From Opitutales bacterium (GTDB taxonomy: Bacteria > Verrucomicrobiota > Verrucomicrobiia > Opitutales > Opitutaceae), in the NCBI GenBank assembly GCA_964229935.1, contig CAXRGI010000293.1, positions 11,385-75,384 of the forward strand: a stretch of DNA of 64,000 nucleotides. The letters run 5' to 3'. The first letter of the stretch is position 1. Each line of letters starts with the position of its first letter. Under the pieces are notes generated by a model. The model saw only the letters and a program-made list of their open reading frames with translations, had not been told where the DNA came from and did not search any database. A program made the translations under genes and the position numbers. Shown piece by piece: positions 10,008-19,674 of the stretch.

Positions 10008-11354
10008 TCAGCGGCGCTTTTCCGTGAGCGGCAGCATCACGCCGCGCCGGAAGAGCGTGACCTGGCCGGTGCTCGAGGAGACCACGATCGAGATGCAGTT
10101 GGCCGCCACGCTGATGGCGGCCCCCGCCGCGTGCCGCGCCCCGAGGCCGCCCGGCAGGGCGTGGGTGCTGTCCATCGCCTGGATAAGACTGCCCGCCGAC
10201 TCGACCACGCCGTCGCCCCGGATGAGGAAGGCCCCGTCGATCGAGGAGAACTCCTTCACCGTCTCGTCCATGAACGGGTTGAGGATGTTGCGGTCCTCCT
10301 CTTTGTAACCGTAAAACGGATTCAGGACGAGCGGCTTCGACATCGTCGCGACGCGCTCGTTGTCGCCCACCACGAACAGGCATCCCACCGGACGCCCCTC
10401 GCGGCCCTCCACCGCCAGCTCGGTGGCGACGGCGATGACGCGCTCGAGCACCTCCGGTTTCACATCGGGCGGCAGCAGGTCGGCGGTGGAACCGGTGAGG
10501 AGCGTCTGGAACTCGCGCTCGATGTCGACGACCACGAGCGTGTCGAACTGGTTGCTCCCGGTGATGCCGCCGACGCAGCAGATGCGGTCGGTGAACTTCA
10601 CGACGCCGCGGGTGAGCGCGACGAGCATCGCGCTGCGCAGCTGCGCCAGCCGCTGGCGCGAGAAGGAGCGCACCTGGATCGTCTCGTGGAAGCGCGCCTC
10701 GCCGTCGTCCCCCAGCTCAAGGGCGTTGCGCGTGACGAGGATCGTCTTGAGGCTGGACCGCAGGACGCCCGGCTGGAGCCCCCCGATGAAGGTGTCGCCG
10801 AAGACCACCAGCGCCACGCAACCCGCCCCCTTCGCCACGCGCTCGGCCTCGCGAAACAAGAGGCGGTTGATCCGGTTCTGCTGCGCCTCGATCGCGCGCA
10901 TCCCGCCGAAACCACCGACGAGACGCTCATGCAGCGCGTCGAGGTCGGGCGCGTTGACGAGATTGTCGACCAGGTCCTTGTCCTTCACCTGCCGCGCGAT
11001 CGACGCCAGCACCTGCAGGTAATCGCGGGCTCGCTCGCCCGCGATGAGCATCACGATCAGGTGCACGCGCTCGTCGGCCAGCGCGCCGTCGTGGCGGATG
11101 CCGACCCGGCTGCGCCCGATCGCGAGCACATAGCGCCGGGCCATCTTCACGCGGACGTGGGGCAGCGCGACACCGAAGCCAAGGTAGGTGGTCATGGTGC
11201 TCTCACGGGCCAGCAGGCCGCGCAGGAGCGAGTCGGGTTTCAGGTCGGGAAACTTATCGACGCACACGTCGAGCAGCTCCTGCAGCGCGCCCTCGAGGTC
11301 GAGGCTGCGCAGGTCGACGATGCGGCCGCGGGAGATGATCTTTTCCAGCCGCAT
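10008..11354 (-). CDS. PTS EIIA-domain diadenylate cyclase (DacZ-like)
   Basis: N-terminal EIIA_2 (RES..TTYLG.GVALPH); C-terminal DAC (EGREGRPVG, IDGAF, GLGARHAA, VSSSTG). Confidence 0.85.
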   Translation of the reverse strand: MRLEKIISRGRIVDLRSLDLEGALQELLDVCVDKFPDLKPDSLLRGLLARESTMTTYLGFGVALPHVRVKMARRYVLAIGRSRVGIRHDGALADERVHLIVMLIAGERARDYLQVLASIARQVKDKDLVDNLVNAPDLDALHERLVGGFGGMRAIEAQQNRINRLLFREAERVAKGAGCVALVVFGDTFIGGLQPGVLRSSLKTILVTRNALELGDDGEARFHETIQVRSFSRQRLAQLRSAMLVALTRGVVKFTDRICCVGGITGSNQFDTLVVVDIEREFQTLLTGSTADLLPPDVKPEVLERVIAVATELAVEGREGRPVGCLFVVGDNERVATMSKPLVLNPFYGYKEEDRNILNPFMDETVKEFSSIDGAFLIRGDGVVESAGSLIQAMDSTHALPGGLGARHAAGAAISVAANCISIVVSSSTGQVTLFRRGVMLPLTEKRR

Positions 11355-11382
11355 GGCGCTTCAGACGCTCCGGCGCCGGAGC

Positions 11383-11757
11383 TCAGCGCTCCCACTTGAG
11401 CGCGCCCTTCTTCACCTCGTAGACGAGGCCGAGGACGAGCACGCCGATGAAGAACAGGACCGGACCGAGAATCGGGATCCCGCCGGCGAGAAACTCGCGG
11501 TAGACAAACGTCCACGGGATCAGGATCACCACCTCGAGATCGAAGAGCATGAAGAGCAGCGCGGTGAGCCAGAACTTAACCGAGAAGCGCGTGTGCACGA
11601 GCCCCTCCCCCGCCACGCCGCACTCGTAAGCGCTGTCCTTGATCTTGTTGGGACGGAACCTTTGACCGAAGAGGTGGCTGGCGCCGATCACCCCGCCAGT
11701 GATGAGCGCGGCGAGCACGGCTTGGATCAGGAAAGGCAGGTAATCGGCGGACGTCAT
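11383..11757 (-). CDS. nuoA: NADH-quinone oxidoreductase subunit A
   Basis: KDSAYECG, RFSVKF, FDLE, GLVYE..KGALKW; three TM segments. Confidence 0.92.
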   Translation of the reverse strand: MTSADYLPFLIQAVLAALITGGVIGASHLFGQRFRPNKIKDSAYECGVAGEGLVHTRFSVKFWLTALLFMLFDLEVVILIPWTFVYREFLAGGIPILGPVLFFIGVLVLGLVYEVKKGALKWER

Positions 11758-11900
11758 GACCGGTGAGCAATTGGCCCCACGCCCCACACGGCCGCAAGTG
11801 GTAATTTGGCGATCGCGCGCCCGGGCGTCGCGACGCAGCCAACGCGGAGATTCCCGTTGACGGAGCGTAAGTGCGCGCCTTTGTTCCCCGCTCCTCCAGT

Positions 11901-11976
<76 letters not shown>

Positions 11977-11982
11977 CTTTGG

Positions 11983-12020
11983 ACCCCGCCTCGCCGACAA
12001 CGGTGAGGCGGGGTTTTTTT
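11983..12020 (+). terminator. intrinsic terminator after tRNA-Phe
   Basis: ACCCCGCCTCGCCG-ACAA-CGGTGAGGCGGGGT followed by a T run. Confidence 0.9.
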
Positions 12021-12106
12021 GAGTCGAATCCGCACCATCCGAAATCGGGCATGTCAAAACTGCCCACTGCCAATGGGTAACAAACCCTAGGCCGAGTTGG
12101 CTTTTT

Positions 12107-14626
12107 TTGCTTGGTGACCGGCTGGTTCAGCCGCGGAGTCAGCGCGTGATCCAGCACCGCTCCGGGCTCGTGCTCGTCCTCACCTCCCTTCTCGCGCTAC
12201 TGTCCGAGACGCCGGCTTCCGCTGGCACAACCGACACCGAATCCCCGACCTATCGGATTGCGGTGCACCGAAACTCGCACCCCTTTTCGTTCGTCGGAGA
12301 CGACGAACGCCCCCGTGGGTTTGCTGTCGACCTGCTGAAGGAGATCGCCGTGCGAAGCGGCGCTCGTCTCGAACTCGTTCCGGGTTGGTGGAAGCAGCAT
12401 CTTGAGGCTTTTGCAGAAAAGCGGATCGATGCACTTTGTGGCATCAGTCCGGATGACCCGCGGGACCATGCGGTGATGGACTATTCCATCAAGCTGGTGA
12501 CGGTCCACGCCGTCACCTTCACCCTGAAGGGCAAACCCGCTGTCACGCGCACCGACCACCTGCGGGGCAAGCGTGTGGGGCTAGTAGAAGGCAGCAACTC
12601 GCTCACCCATCTCCGTCAGCGAAATCTACCCGACACCACCCTGGTCATCTACGCCAACCTCTCCGACTTCCGCGAAGGGCTCCGCAAGGGGGAATGCGAC
12701 GTCGCGATCTCCACTAGCCTTTCGCGCAGCGGACTCGAGAACACATCAGGATTTGAGCAAAGCTTTCTTTCCGACCTCACGGTGAGCTTCTACCTGGCGG
12801 TTCAGAAAGGGGACCGCCGTCTGCTTTCCATCATCAACGAAGGATTGGCGCGCGCGCTCCAGGATGGCGCCTACGACCGCATCTTTGCCCGCTGGATCGG
12901 ACCGGTCGAACCACGGCAGATCACCGCAGCCGATCTCCAGCGCTTCCGTCTGCCTGCGCTCATCGTTCTGAGCGCCGTGATCGCCGGCTTTTTCTGGCAA
13001 CGCCATTATGTGCGGAAGATCGAGCGTCACGCCGCCGCCGCCGAAGAGGCGAACCTCGCGAAGTCGCGCTTTCTCGCCTCGATGAGTCACGAGATCCGCA
13101 CGCCCATGAACGGGATCATGGGCATGACGGACCTGTTGATCTCGTCCCACCTCACGCGGGAACAACAGGAGATGGCGACCACCGTGCGCCAATGTTCCGA
13201 CTCCCTTCTGCGGATGATGAACGACGTCCTCGACTTCGCGCAGATGGAGTCCGGCAAACTCACCCTCCAGGCCGCTCCCCTGTCACCCCGTGACGCCGTC
13301 GAGGGCTGCCTCAACTCGCTCGCGATGGCGGCGCTTGAGAAAAACCTGGAGCTCATCCGCGAGATCGATCCCGGCGTGCCCGCGGTGGTGCTGGGTGACT
13401 CCGCCCGGCTCGGGCAGGTGCTCACCAACCTCGTGGGCAACGCCATCAAGTTCACCGAGACCGGACACGTGGTGGTGCGCGTCCGGCCCGCCGGAACGGC
13501 GGTGGGGAGAATGAAACTCGCCTTTGAGGTGCAGGACACCGGCATCGGTATCACTTCCGAGGAAAAGGCGCGCCTTTTCCGGCCTTTCACCCAAGCGAAT
13601 CAGTCGACGACCCGTCGCTACGGGGGAACCGGTCTGGGTCTAGCCATTTGCCGGCAGCTGGTCGAGGCGATGCGGGGAGAGATCGGCATCGAGAGCGCTC
13701 CCGGAAAAGGCTCGACCTTCCACTTCACCGTCTCGTTTGGAGCGGCGGACTCCACCCGGGAAACCGCGCCGGACCTTTCCGGGCACCGGATTCTTGTCGT
13801 CGAGGATCATGCTGTCGCCCTCGCCGCGATCCGCGACGAGCTCACCCACCTCGGGGCGACCGTGACCACGGCCGGCAACAGCGTCGCCGCGGAGCGCCTA
13901 GCCCGCGAGGCACATTTGAGCGGTTCCCCTTTTTCCTCCGCCCTGATCGACCAGAACCTGCCGGAAACCTCCGGCCTCGAGCTGGTCCGCAGCCTGCGAG
14001 AAACGGCTGAACTCGCCGCTCTGCCCGTCATACTCATGACCAATCTGGGCTCCGTCATTCCAGAACTCCAGCTAGCCGAGCTCTCCATCAACGCTGTTTT
14101 GAGAAAGCCGCTACGCCGATCGCTGCTGCTCGAGGAACTGCTGCGCATTCCCCGCGAACCCGGTGGATGTACCCCAAACCACCCGCTGCCGCCGCAAGAC
14201 AACTCCCTGCTGATCGTGGACGATAATCTGGTGAACCTCGGCGTCATGCGCGCGATCCTGGGCCGCCTTGGGCATGAATGCGCGGAAGCCGTCAACGGTC
14301 GCGCCGCCGTCGAGCTTTTCAACCTGCGCCGCTTTCCCGCCGTGTTCATGGATTGCCACATGCCGGAAATGGACGGCTTGGAGGCCACCCGCCGCATCCG
14401 GGCCCTCGAAAAACAACTTCAGGCGCGGCAACCGGACTATCTGCCCGCACTCATCATCGGAGTTACGGGGGATTCGCTTCCCGCCACTCGCGAACGCTGC
14501 TTCGCCGCGGGTATGGATGGTTATCTGACGAAACCCGTCGACCGCCAGATGATCGCGAACGCTCTCGCCGGGCTCCACCGACCTTCCGGTCGGGAAAATC
14601 GAACACCGACCGTCACCCCGGTCTGA
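12107..14626 (+). CDS. hybrid sensor histidine kinase (periplasmic solute-binding domain, HisKA, HATPase, two REC domains); start uncertain
   Basis: PFSF...GFAVDL (SBP family 3), [46 protein letters not shown]. Confidence 0.92.
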   Translation: MLGDRLVQPRSQRVIQHRSGLVLVLTSLLALLSETPASAGTTDTESPTYRIAVHRNSHPFSFVGDDERPRGFAVDLLKEIAVRSGARLELVPGWWKQHLEAFAEKRIDALCGISPDDPRDHAVMDYSIKLVTVHAVTFTLKGKPAVTRTDHLRGKRVGLVEGSNSLTHLRQRNLPDTTLVIYANLSDFREGLRKGECDVAISTSLSRSGLENTSGFEQSFLSDLTVSFYLAVQKGDRRLLSIINEGLARALQDGAYDRIFARWIGPVEPRQITAADLQRFRLPALIVLSAVIAGFFWQRHYVRKIERHAAAAEEANLAKSRFLASMSHEIRTPMNGIMGMTDLLISSHLTREQQEMATTVRQCSDSLLRMMNDVLDFAQMESGKLTLQAAPLSPRDAVEGCLNSLAMAALEKNLELIREIDPGVPAVVLGDSARLGQVLTNLVGNAIKFTETGHVVVRVRPAGTAVGRMKLAFEVQDTGIGITSEEKARLFRPFTQANQSTTRRYGGTGLGLAICRQLVEAMRGEIGIESAPGKGSTFHFTVSFGAADSTRETAPDLSGHRILVVEDHAVALAAIRDELTHLGATVTTAGNSVAAERLAREAHLSGSPFSSALIDQNLPETSGLELVRSLRETAELAALPVILMTNLGSVIPELQLAELSINAVLRKPLRRSLLLEELLRIPREPGGCTPNHPLPPQDNSLLIVDDNLVNLGVMRAILGRLGHECAEAVNGRAAVELFNLRRFPAVFMDCHMPEMDGLEATRRIRALEKQLQARQPDYLPALIIGVTGDSLPATRERCFAAGMDGYLTKPVDRQMIANALAGLHRPSGRENRTPTVTPV

Positions 14627-14659
14627 TCCGGGCCGCAACGCCCGGAAGGCGAAACCATC

Positions 14660-15214
14660 TTAATCGCCGGCGTCCCGACTCCACCGGCCTGCCAGCGTCC
14701 GAACCCGAAGGAAAAGTTCCGCCTCGCCCGGCAAGCCGTGGCGTCGAAGCGCCTCTCTGATCGCTTCCGTCGCCGGCTCCGCGATGCGGTGACGAGGATC
14801 GCCGGGCAAATCCGGACGCACTAACCTCGTGAGCTCCCAGCAAGCCCACGCGCGCCAAACGCGTTGCTCGCGACGCGGCTCGTTCATGCGACCCGCGTAG
14901 TGCTGGAAATGAACCCGCGGATTGCCGAGGAAGACGCCTTCCGGCGTGTGCGCGACAATCCATGCCACCGCGGCGTACGGCATGGGGTGAGCGATCAGTT
15001 CCGGTTCGTCGCCAGAAACATCCGCCCCCATCGCGCGATCGAGGCAGAGCAACGCCCGAGCGGCGAAGCCCGTTTCCCAAAGCGAGGCCCCGTAGCGGAG
15101 GCACTCGAGGTAGAACCTGCCTCCGCGATCGCCGTCCCGGAAGGCGTGCAGCGCACGCCAGTCCATCCCCGACACGGCGGCGGGCAGATGCGGACAGGAA
15201 GGTAATGGCGGCAC
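14660..15214 (-). CDS. hypothetical protein (start uncertain)
   Basis: Globular-looking sequence with FLGNPRVHFQHYAGRM and WRAWACW; candidate GTG start at 15214. Confidence 0.6.
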   Translation of the reverse strand: MPPLPSCPHLPAAVSGMDWRALHAFRDGDRGGRFYLECLRYGASLWETGFAARALLCLDRAMGADVSGDEPELIAHPMPYAAVAWIVAHTPEGVFLGNPRVHFQHYAGRMNEPRREQRVWRAWACWELTRLVRPDLPGDPRHRIAEPATEAIREALRRHGLPGEAELFLRVRTLAGRWSRDAGD

Positions 15215-15352
15215 CGCGCAGTCGTTGGCCGCGAGAGCGCCCGGCGTCAACCGGCGGAGCCGCGGAGGCGGCAATCGCGGGTGAAAACAGACAAAACGGG
15301 GCAACCACGGATGATAAAAACTTTGCGACCTCCGCTCCGGATCCAAACCGAC

Positions 15353-15528
15353 CAACAGGAGCAGACGGAGGAAACGAGGAACGGAGTGAATCTGGAGATA
15401 AGGAGCATGGACATCCGCCCGCCGCTAAACGCGGCCTGCCTTGGACACCCGGTTCTCGCCGTTCCGTGGCTTCCGTGTGTTCCGTGGGCCACCCGGCTCG
15501 GTTTCGCGCCTTTGGTGCATTTCGTGGT
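15353..15528. repeat. cluster of degenerate 9-nt-periodic intergenic repeats
   Basis: caacaggag-cagacggag-gaaacgagg (15353-15379); ttccgtggc-ttccgtgtg-ttccgtggg (15462-15488); tttcgcgcc-tttggtgca-tttcgtggt (15502-15528). Confidence 0.6.
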
Positions 15529-15655
15529 TCCCAGTCTCGGCTTCGCGGCATGACGAAGTTGCGCTTGGCGCGGCCCGCCGTTTCCACGACAACCCCCGCG
15601 CCTGAGCTACTCCGAAGAAAGCCGCGTTCCGCCGTCCGCCACAGCCCATCCACAC

Positions 15656-16288
15656 GTGCACCGCATCGCGTGGTGGAGGTGGCTCGCGCTCCTACCCTTC
15701 GGCATGTTGCTGCGCGCGTGGGGACGTTCCCTCCGTTTCGACGCCACGCCGGAGGACATCCGTAATTACACGCGGCACGACGTGCCGGTCGCCATCGTGC
15801 TGTGGCACAACCGGCTCTTTCTGGCGGCTGAGATCGTGCGTCGCTACCGCACGGGTCGCCCCGCCTATGCGCTGGTGAGCGCCAGCGAGGACGGCGCGTG
15901 GCTCTCGGCGTTTTTCGCGATGGGCGGTCTGCGCACGGTGCGCGGCTCCAGCAGCCGGCTCGGACGCGAGGCCGCATCGGCGTTGGTCGAGGTGCTACAG
16001 TCCGGACGCGACGTCGGCATCACGCCCGACGGTCCGCGCGGGCCTTGTTATGACTTCAAGCCCGGCGCAGTCATCGTGGCGCGGCGAACCCGCGCCCCGA
16101 TGCTGCTGGTCGGCGCCGAGTTCACCTCGTCATGGCGCCTGAAGAGCTGGGACCGTTTTCACCTGCCCAAACCCTTCTCCCGCGTGCGTATGCGCTGCGA
16201 GATCATAGAGCCGGAGCAACTGGCCGACCGCGACGCCGGGATGGAGCTGGTCCGTTCCCGGCTTCTGGCGCTCAACCCCGACCGGTGA
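15656..16288 (+). CDS. DUF374 / lysophospholipid acyltransferase family protein
   Basis: LWHNR, SASEDG, VRGSSSR, ITPDGPRGP, SWDRF..PKPF. Confidence 0.88.
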   Translation: MHRIAWWRWLALLPFGMLLRAWGRSLRFDATPEDIRNYTRHDVPVAIVLWHNRLFLAAEIVRRYRTGRPAYALVSASEDGAWLSAFFAMGGLRTVRGSSSRLGREAASALVEVLQSGRDVGITPDGPRGPCYDFKPGAVIVARRTRAPMLLVGAEFTSSWRLKSWDRFHLPKPFSRVRMRCEIIEPEQLADRDAGMELVRSRLLALNPDR

Positions 16289-16304
16289 TCCGGTCGGGCG
16301 GGCC

Positions 16305-16742
16305 TCAGAACGACGGCCGTACCGTCACGTTCGAGCCGGCCACGGCGGTGTAATCCGCACCGACGCTCCATGAGAGGTCATTCACGAGCACCTTGAAGGC
16401 GATGTCCTGCCGAGCGGCGTCGAGGGAGATGCGCCACACGTCGGCCGCCACGCACGTCATCGGCACGCCGACGGTCCAGCTCAGGCCGCCGCCGGCGCCG
16501 CGAATGTAGAGCGTGTTGCCGAAGCCGACGTCCACCTGCGCGGTGATGGTGGTAAGCGAAGGCTTGGGCGCCGCTAGCCGCGGCGCCGAGGGTGGCGGCG
16601 CCACGACCACGGCAGGCACGGGCTTGATCGCGGCAGGGCGGGCAGGAGAACGCGACGACGCCTTGCGGGCGGGCGCGGGAGACTTCGTCGCTGGGGCGGG
16701 CGACGGCTTGCGGGTGGCGGTTTTCTTCTTGGATGCGCTCAT
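16305..16742 (-). CDS. hypothetical protein: K/P/A-rich N-terminus and CBM20-like C-terminal domain
   Basis: VDVGFGNTLYIRG..GLSW..G.PM.....W...FKVLVND..W. Confidence 0.75.
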   Translation of the reverse strand: MSASKKKTATRKPSPAPATKSPAPARKASSRSPARPAAIKPVPAVVVAPPPSAPRLAAPKPSLTTITAQVDVGFGNTLYIRGAGGGLSWTVGVPMTCVAADVWRISLDAARQDIAFKVLVNDLSWSVGADYTAVAGSNVTVRPSF

Positions 16743-16878
16743 GACGATGGGTGGTTACTGATCCCCAAAACGAGGCGGAGCGTAGCAGATCGGAGGCCAA
16801 CGCACCAGCGGGCGACCGACGGATTTACCGGACCGTCACATGCGGTCGGAATGGAGAGCGGGCCAAAGCCCGCCGGCT

Positions 16879-17295
16879 TCAGGCGAAGACCTCTTCCGGA
16901 CGGAAGAAGCGCGCGATCTCGGCCACGCCATTCTCAACGCTATCGGAAGCGTGGACGACGTTGATCATCATGTCGGTGCCGAAGTCGCCGCGCAGGGTGC
17001 CCTTGGCGGCCTTACGGGAGTCGGTGGGCCCGAGTAGATCGCGCACCCGCTGGACGATATTTTCGCCCTGCAAGGCCACCATGACCACGGGGCGCGAGCT
17101 CATGAAACGCTCGATTTCAGGGTAAAACGGCTTGGAGGCGACGTGCGCGTAGTGCTCCCGGAGCAAAGCGGGGGAAAGGCGCGCCATCTTGCAGGCGATC
17201 ACGTCGAAACCGGCCGCCTCGAAACGGCTGATGACGGTGCCTACCAAGCGCTTCTGCATCGCGTCCGGCTTACAGATGATGAACGTCTTTTCCAT
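16879..17295 (-). CDS. ndk: nucleoside diphosphate kinase
   Basis: EKTFIICKPDA, GTLRGDFG, NVVHASDS. Confidence 0.97.
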   Translation of the reverse strand: MEKTFIICKPDAMQKRLVGTVISRFEAAGFDVIACKMARLSPALLREHYAHVASKPFYPEIERFMSSRPVVMVALQGENIVQRVRDLLGPTDSRKAAKGTLRGDFGTDMMINVVHASDSVENGVAEIARFFRPEEVFA

Positions 17296-17377
17296 ATGAA
17301 CGGGTCAAAGTAGGCGCCCTGAAGGCTTTGGGAAGCCTAGAGTTCGCCGCATCCAAACCTGCGCGAGTCGGGAACGC

Positions 17378-18229
17378 TCAGGCGAACCGGCGAATGCGCG
17401 CCTGCACGTCGTCCTGCAACCGACGGATATGGCCGACGGTGAATTCCTCGAGGGACAGGCCCGGATTCGAGACCAAAGGCGTCAAATCCATCGCCCACGT
17501 GATACCAGTCACGCGATCGGTCGCATGGGACGTGTGGTAGGTGGCGTGCGCCGAACGCCGACCCATCGTGGCGAGGTCGTAGCGCTTGCCGCCGGTGACC
17601 TGCGAGTCGAAGACCTTGAGAAGCTCAAGGGCCAGTTCAGGGTGACGGCCGGCATCTAGTGCAACCTTGTCGGAATCCACCATCCAATCGAGGTCGCGCC
17701 AGACCTCGCAGCCCAAGACCCGCCGCGGAAGTCGGTCGGCGGGAAGCGCTCGAATCGCCTCGAGGCAGCGGTGGAGAACCGCGACATGGGTATCGTGCTT
17801 GTCGGCCGGATTGTGGAGGTAAACCACTTCCGCGCGGCAGCCGCCGAAGATAGCGGCCAGATCGGAGGCCACGCCGGGATGCCCCGGAGTCTTCACGACG
17901 GAACTGGGATGCGCCAGCTGGAGCTGGATCGCGTAACGGCCCATTTTCGCCGCCTTGCGCTGTTCCTCGCGCCGCACGCCCTGCATCTGTTCGTCGGTCA
18001 GGTGCGCATACGGGCCGGTGCGCGGCGAACCGGCGCCATTGGTCACGACGACGCCGCCGAAGGCTTTGCCGGGCGTGTCGAGGCAATCGGAGATCCCGGC
18101 ATGCGCCATGATCTCGATGTCGTCCTGATGGGCGCCGAGGCAGAGGTGCGTGACGCGCGCGAGCGCCTCCTCCGGAGTGGCGTCGTCGCCGGGAACGTAG
18201 AGATCGGCCTGGGGATTAGAGAGTTTCAT
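17378..18229 (-). CDS. PIG-L/LmbE family deacetylase
   Basis: GAHQDDIE, RREEQ, DKHDTH metal and catalytic motifs intact. Confidence 0.88.
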   Translation of the reverse strand: MKLSNPQADLYVPGDDATPEEALARVTHLCLGAHQDDIEIMAHAGISDCLDTPGKAFGGVVVTNGAGSPRTGPYAHLTDEQMQGVRREEQRKAAKMGRYAIQLQLAHPSSVVKTPGHPGVASDLAAIFGGCRAEVVYLHNPADKHDTHVAVLHRCLEAIRALPADRLPRRVLGCEVWRDLDWMVDSDKVALDAGRHPELALELLKVFDSQVTGGKRYDLATMGRRSAHATYHTSHATDRVTGITWAMDLTPLVSNPGLSLEEFTVGHIRRLQDDVQARIRRFA

Positions 18230-18247
18230 CGGAAAGCGGTCCGGAGT

Positions 18248-19642
18248 TCAGCGACGGATAGCCGGCAAACTGGCCGCAGCGACGGCCTGCCCGTGGCGAC
18301 GGTCCTTTTCATCCGGAGTGTGCAGGCGGATTTTTTCCGCCAAATCGGGGAAGTCCGCGCGCAGCACCGCCCGGGCGCGGTCGAGGATGATCTCGCCGCC
18401 CGGGCCCGAGGAGACACGGCCCAGCAGAAGGACGTGACGCAGCTCGTAGTGATCGGCGAAGTGCGCGATCGCATAACCGAAGTCGGTGCCGATGGTTTCG
18501 TAGACCGCACGAGCGCGCGGGTCGCCGGAGGCCATCGCCCGCTGAACCTCGATGAGTTGCTCCGGCAGCGGCATGCGGGCCGGGAAGGCGAATCCGGCGA
18601 CCGCGGCCAAACGACCAACCGCCTGTTGGGAGAAATACTGCACCCCGCAACCGATGTCCCCCGACCACTCGTCGCGCGGCGCCGCCGGGTGGTAGTCCAC
18701 CGGGGCGAACGCCAGTTCGTTCAACCAAGGGGTGATGCCACCCTCCGGGGTGACGTAACCGGCCGCGAGGCTCGTGCCCATCGCGATGCCCAACACCGCG
18801 CCGTCGCCGAGCGACATGGAGCCGGCCAGTGCCGTGACCTCGCCGTCGTTGGCCACCTCGAACGGCACCCCGCCCCAACGCTCCTGCAGCGTGAAAAACA
18901 TCCGGCGCACGTGACGGTCGAACAGGTCCGGCGGCACCCCGCGGAACAGCGAAGCGACCCGCACCTCATTGTTCACGTAGACCCCGGCTGAACTGCCGCC
19001 GATCGCATCGACCCGCGGCAGGTGCGCGGCCGCCCGCCGCAGGGAGTCGTGCACGCCCTCAAGGTGATAGGACGGATCTTTTTGGAAGTAAGGGTCCCAG
19101 GTGATCTCCTCGGAAAAGACGACCTTCCCATCGATCACCGCGGCAGCCTTGCGATCGCTGCCGCCCAGATCGAAGCCGATCCGGCAACCGTCGAGGTGCC
19201 GGCCGATCGCGAGCGAGGCCACCCTGCCCTCAGGCAAGGTCGAGAGAGGCGCCGCCTCGAGCACGAACGCCTCGCGGTACGTCGTCGGGCCCATGAACCG
19301 GAGATCGAAAGCGCGAATACCGTCTTCGGCGTAGACCCGCTTCAGTTCGGCGACGATTTAATCCGCGCCCGCGATCCGCACGCGGCTACCGCCCTTTTGC
19401 CAGAGCAGGAACTTCACCAAGCGCTCCACGTAGGTGAGCGAAAGTGAGGCGGACGGATGTGCGGCCCCGAGCACGCGCGTGTCGTGACGGGAAACCGCGC
19501 CGCCGGTCGAGCTGAGGACCACCGATAGCGGGCGGGCCGCCGGATCGCGGGCCACCAAGGCGCGGTAAGCGCGGTTCCAGAGGGCGGCAGGAGCGAAGTT
19601 CCGCTCCAAACTCGGCGGCAACGAAGGACGGACGTCGATCAT
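18248..19642 (-). pseudogene. ROK-family kinase/regulator interrupted by one in-frame TAA (19358-19360)
   Basis: MIDVRP...KFLLWQKGG...IAGAD*IVAELKRVY... continues in the same frame into GFDLGGSDRK, NDGEVTALAG, NELAFAPVD. Confidence 0.8.
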
Positions 19643-19674
19643 GACGGAAAGAAACTGGGGAGCGGACCCAACCC

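Noticed and set aside
19358-19360. Programmed readthrough or alternative genetic code at the ROK stop
   Set aside because: The codon is TAA, not TGA or TAG, and TAA ends other genes here normally (ppdK, pckG)
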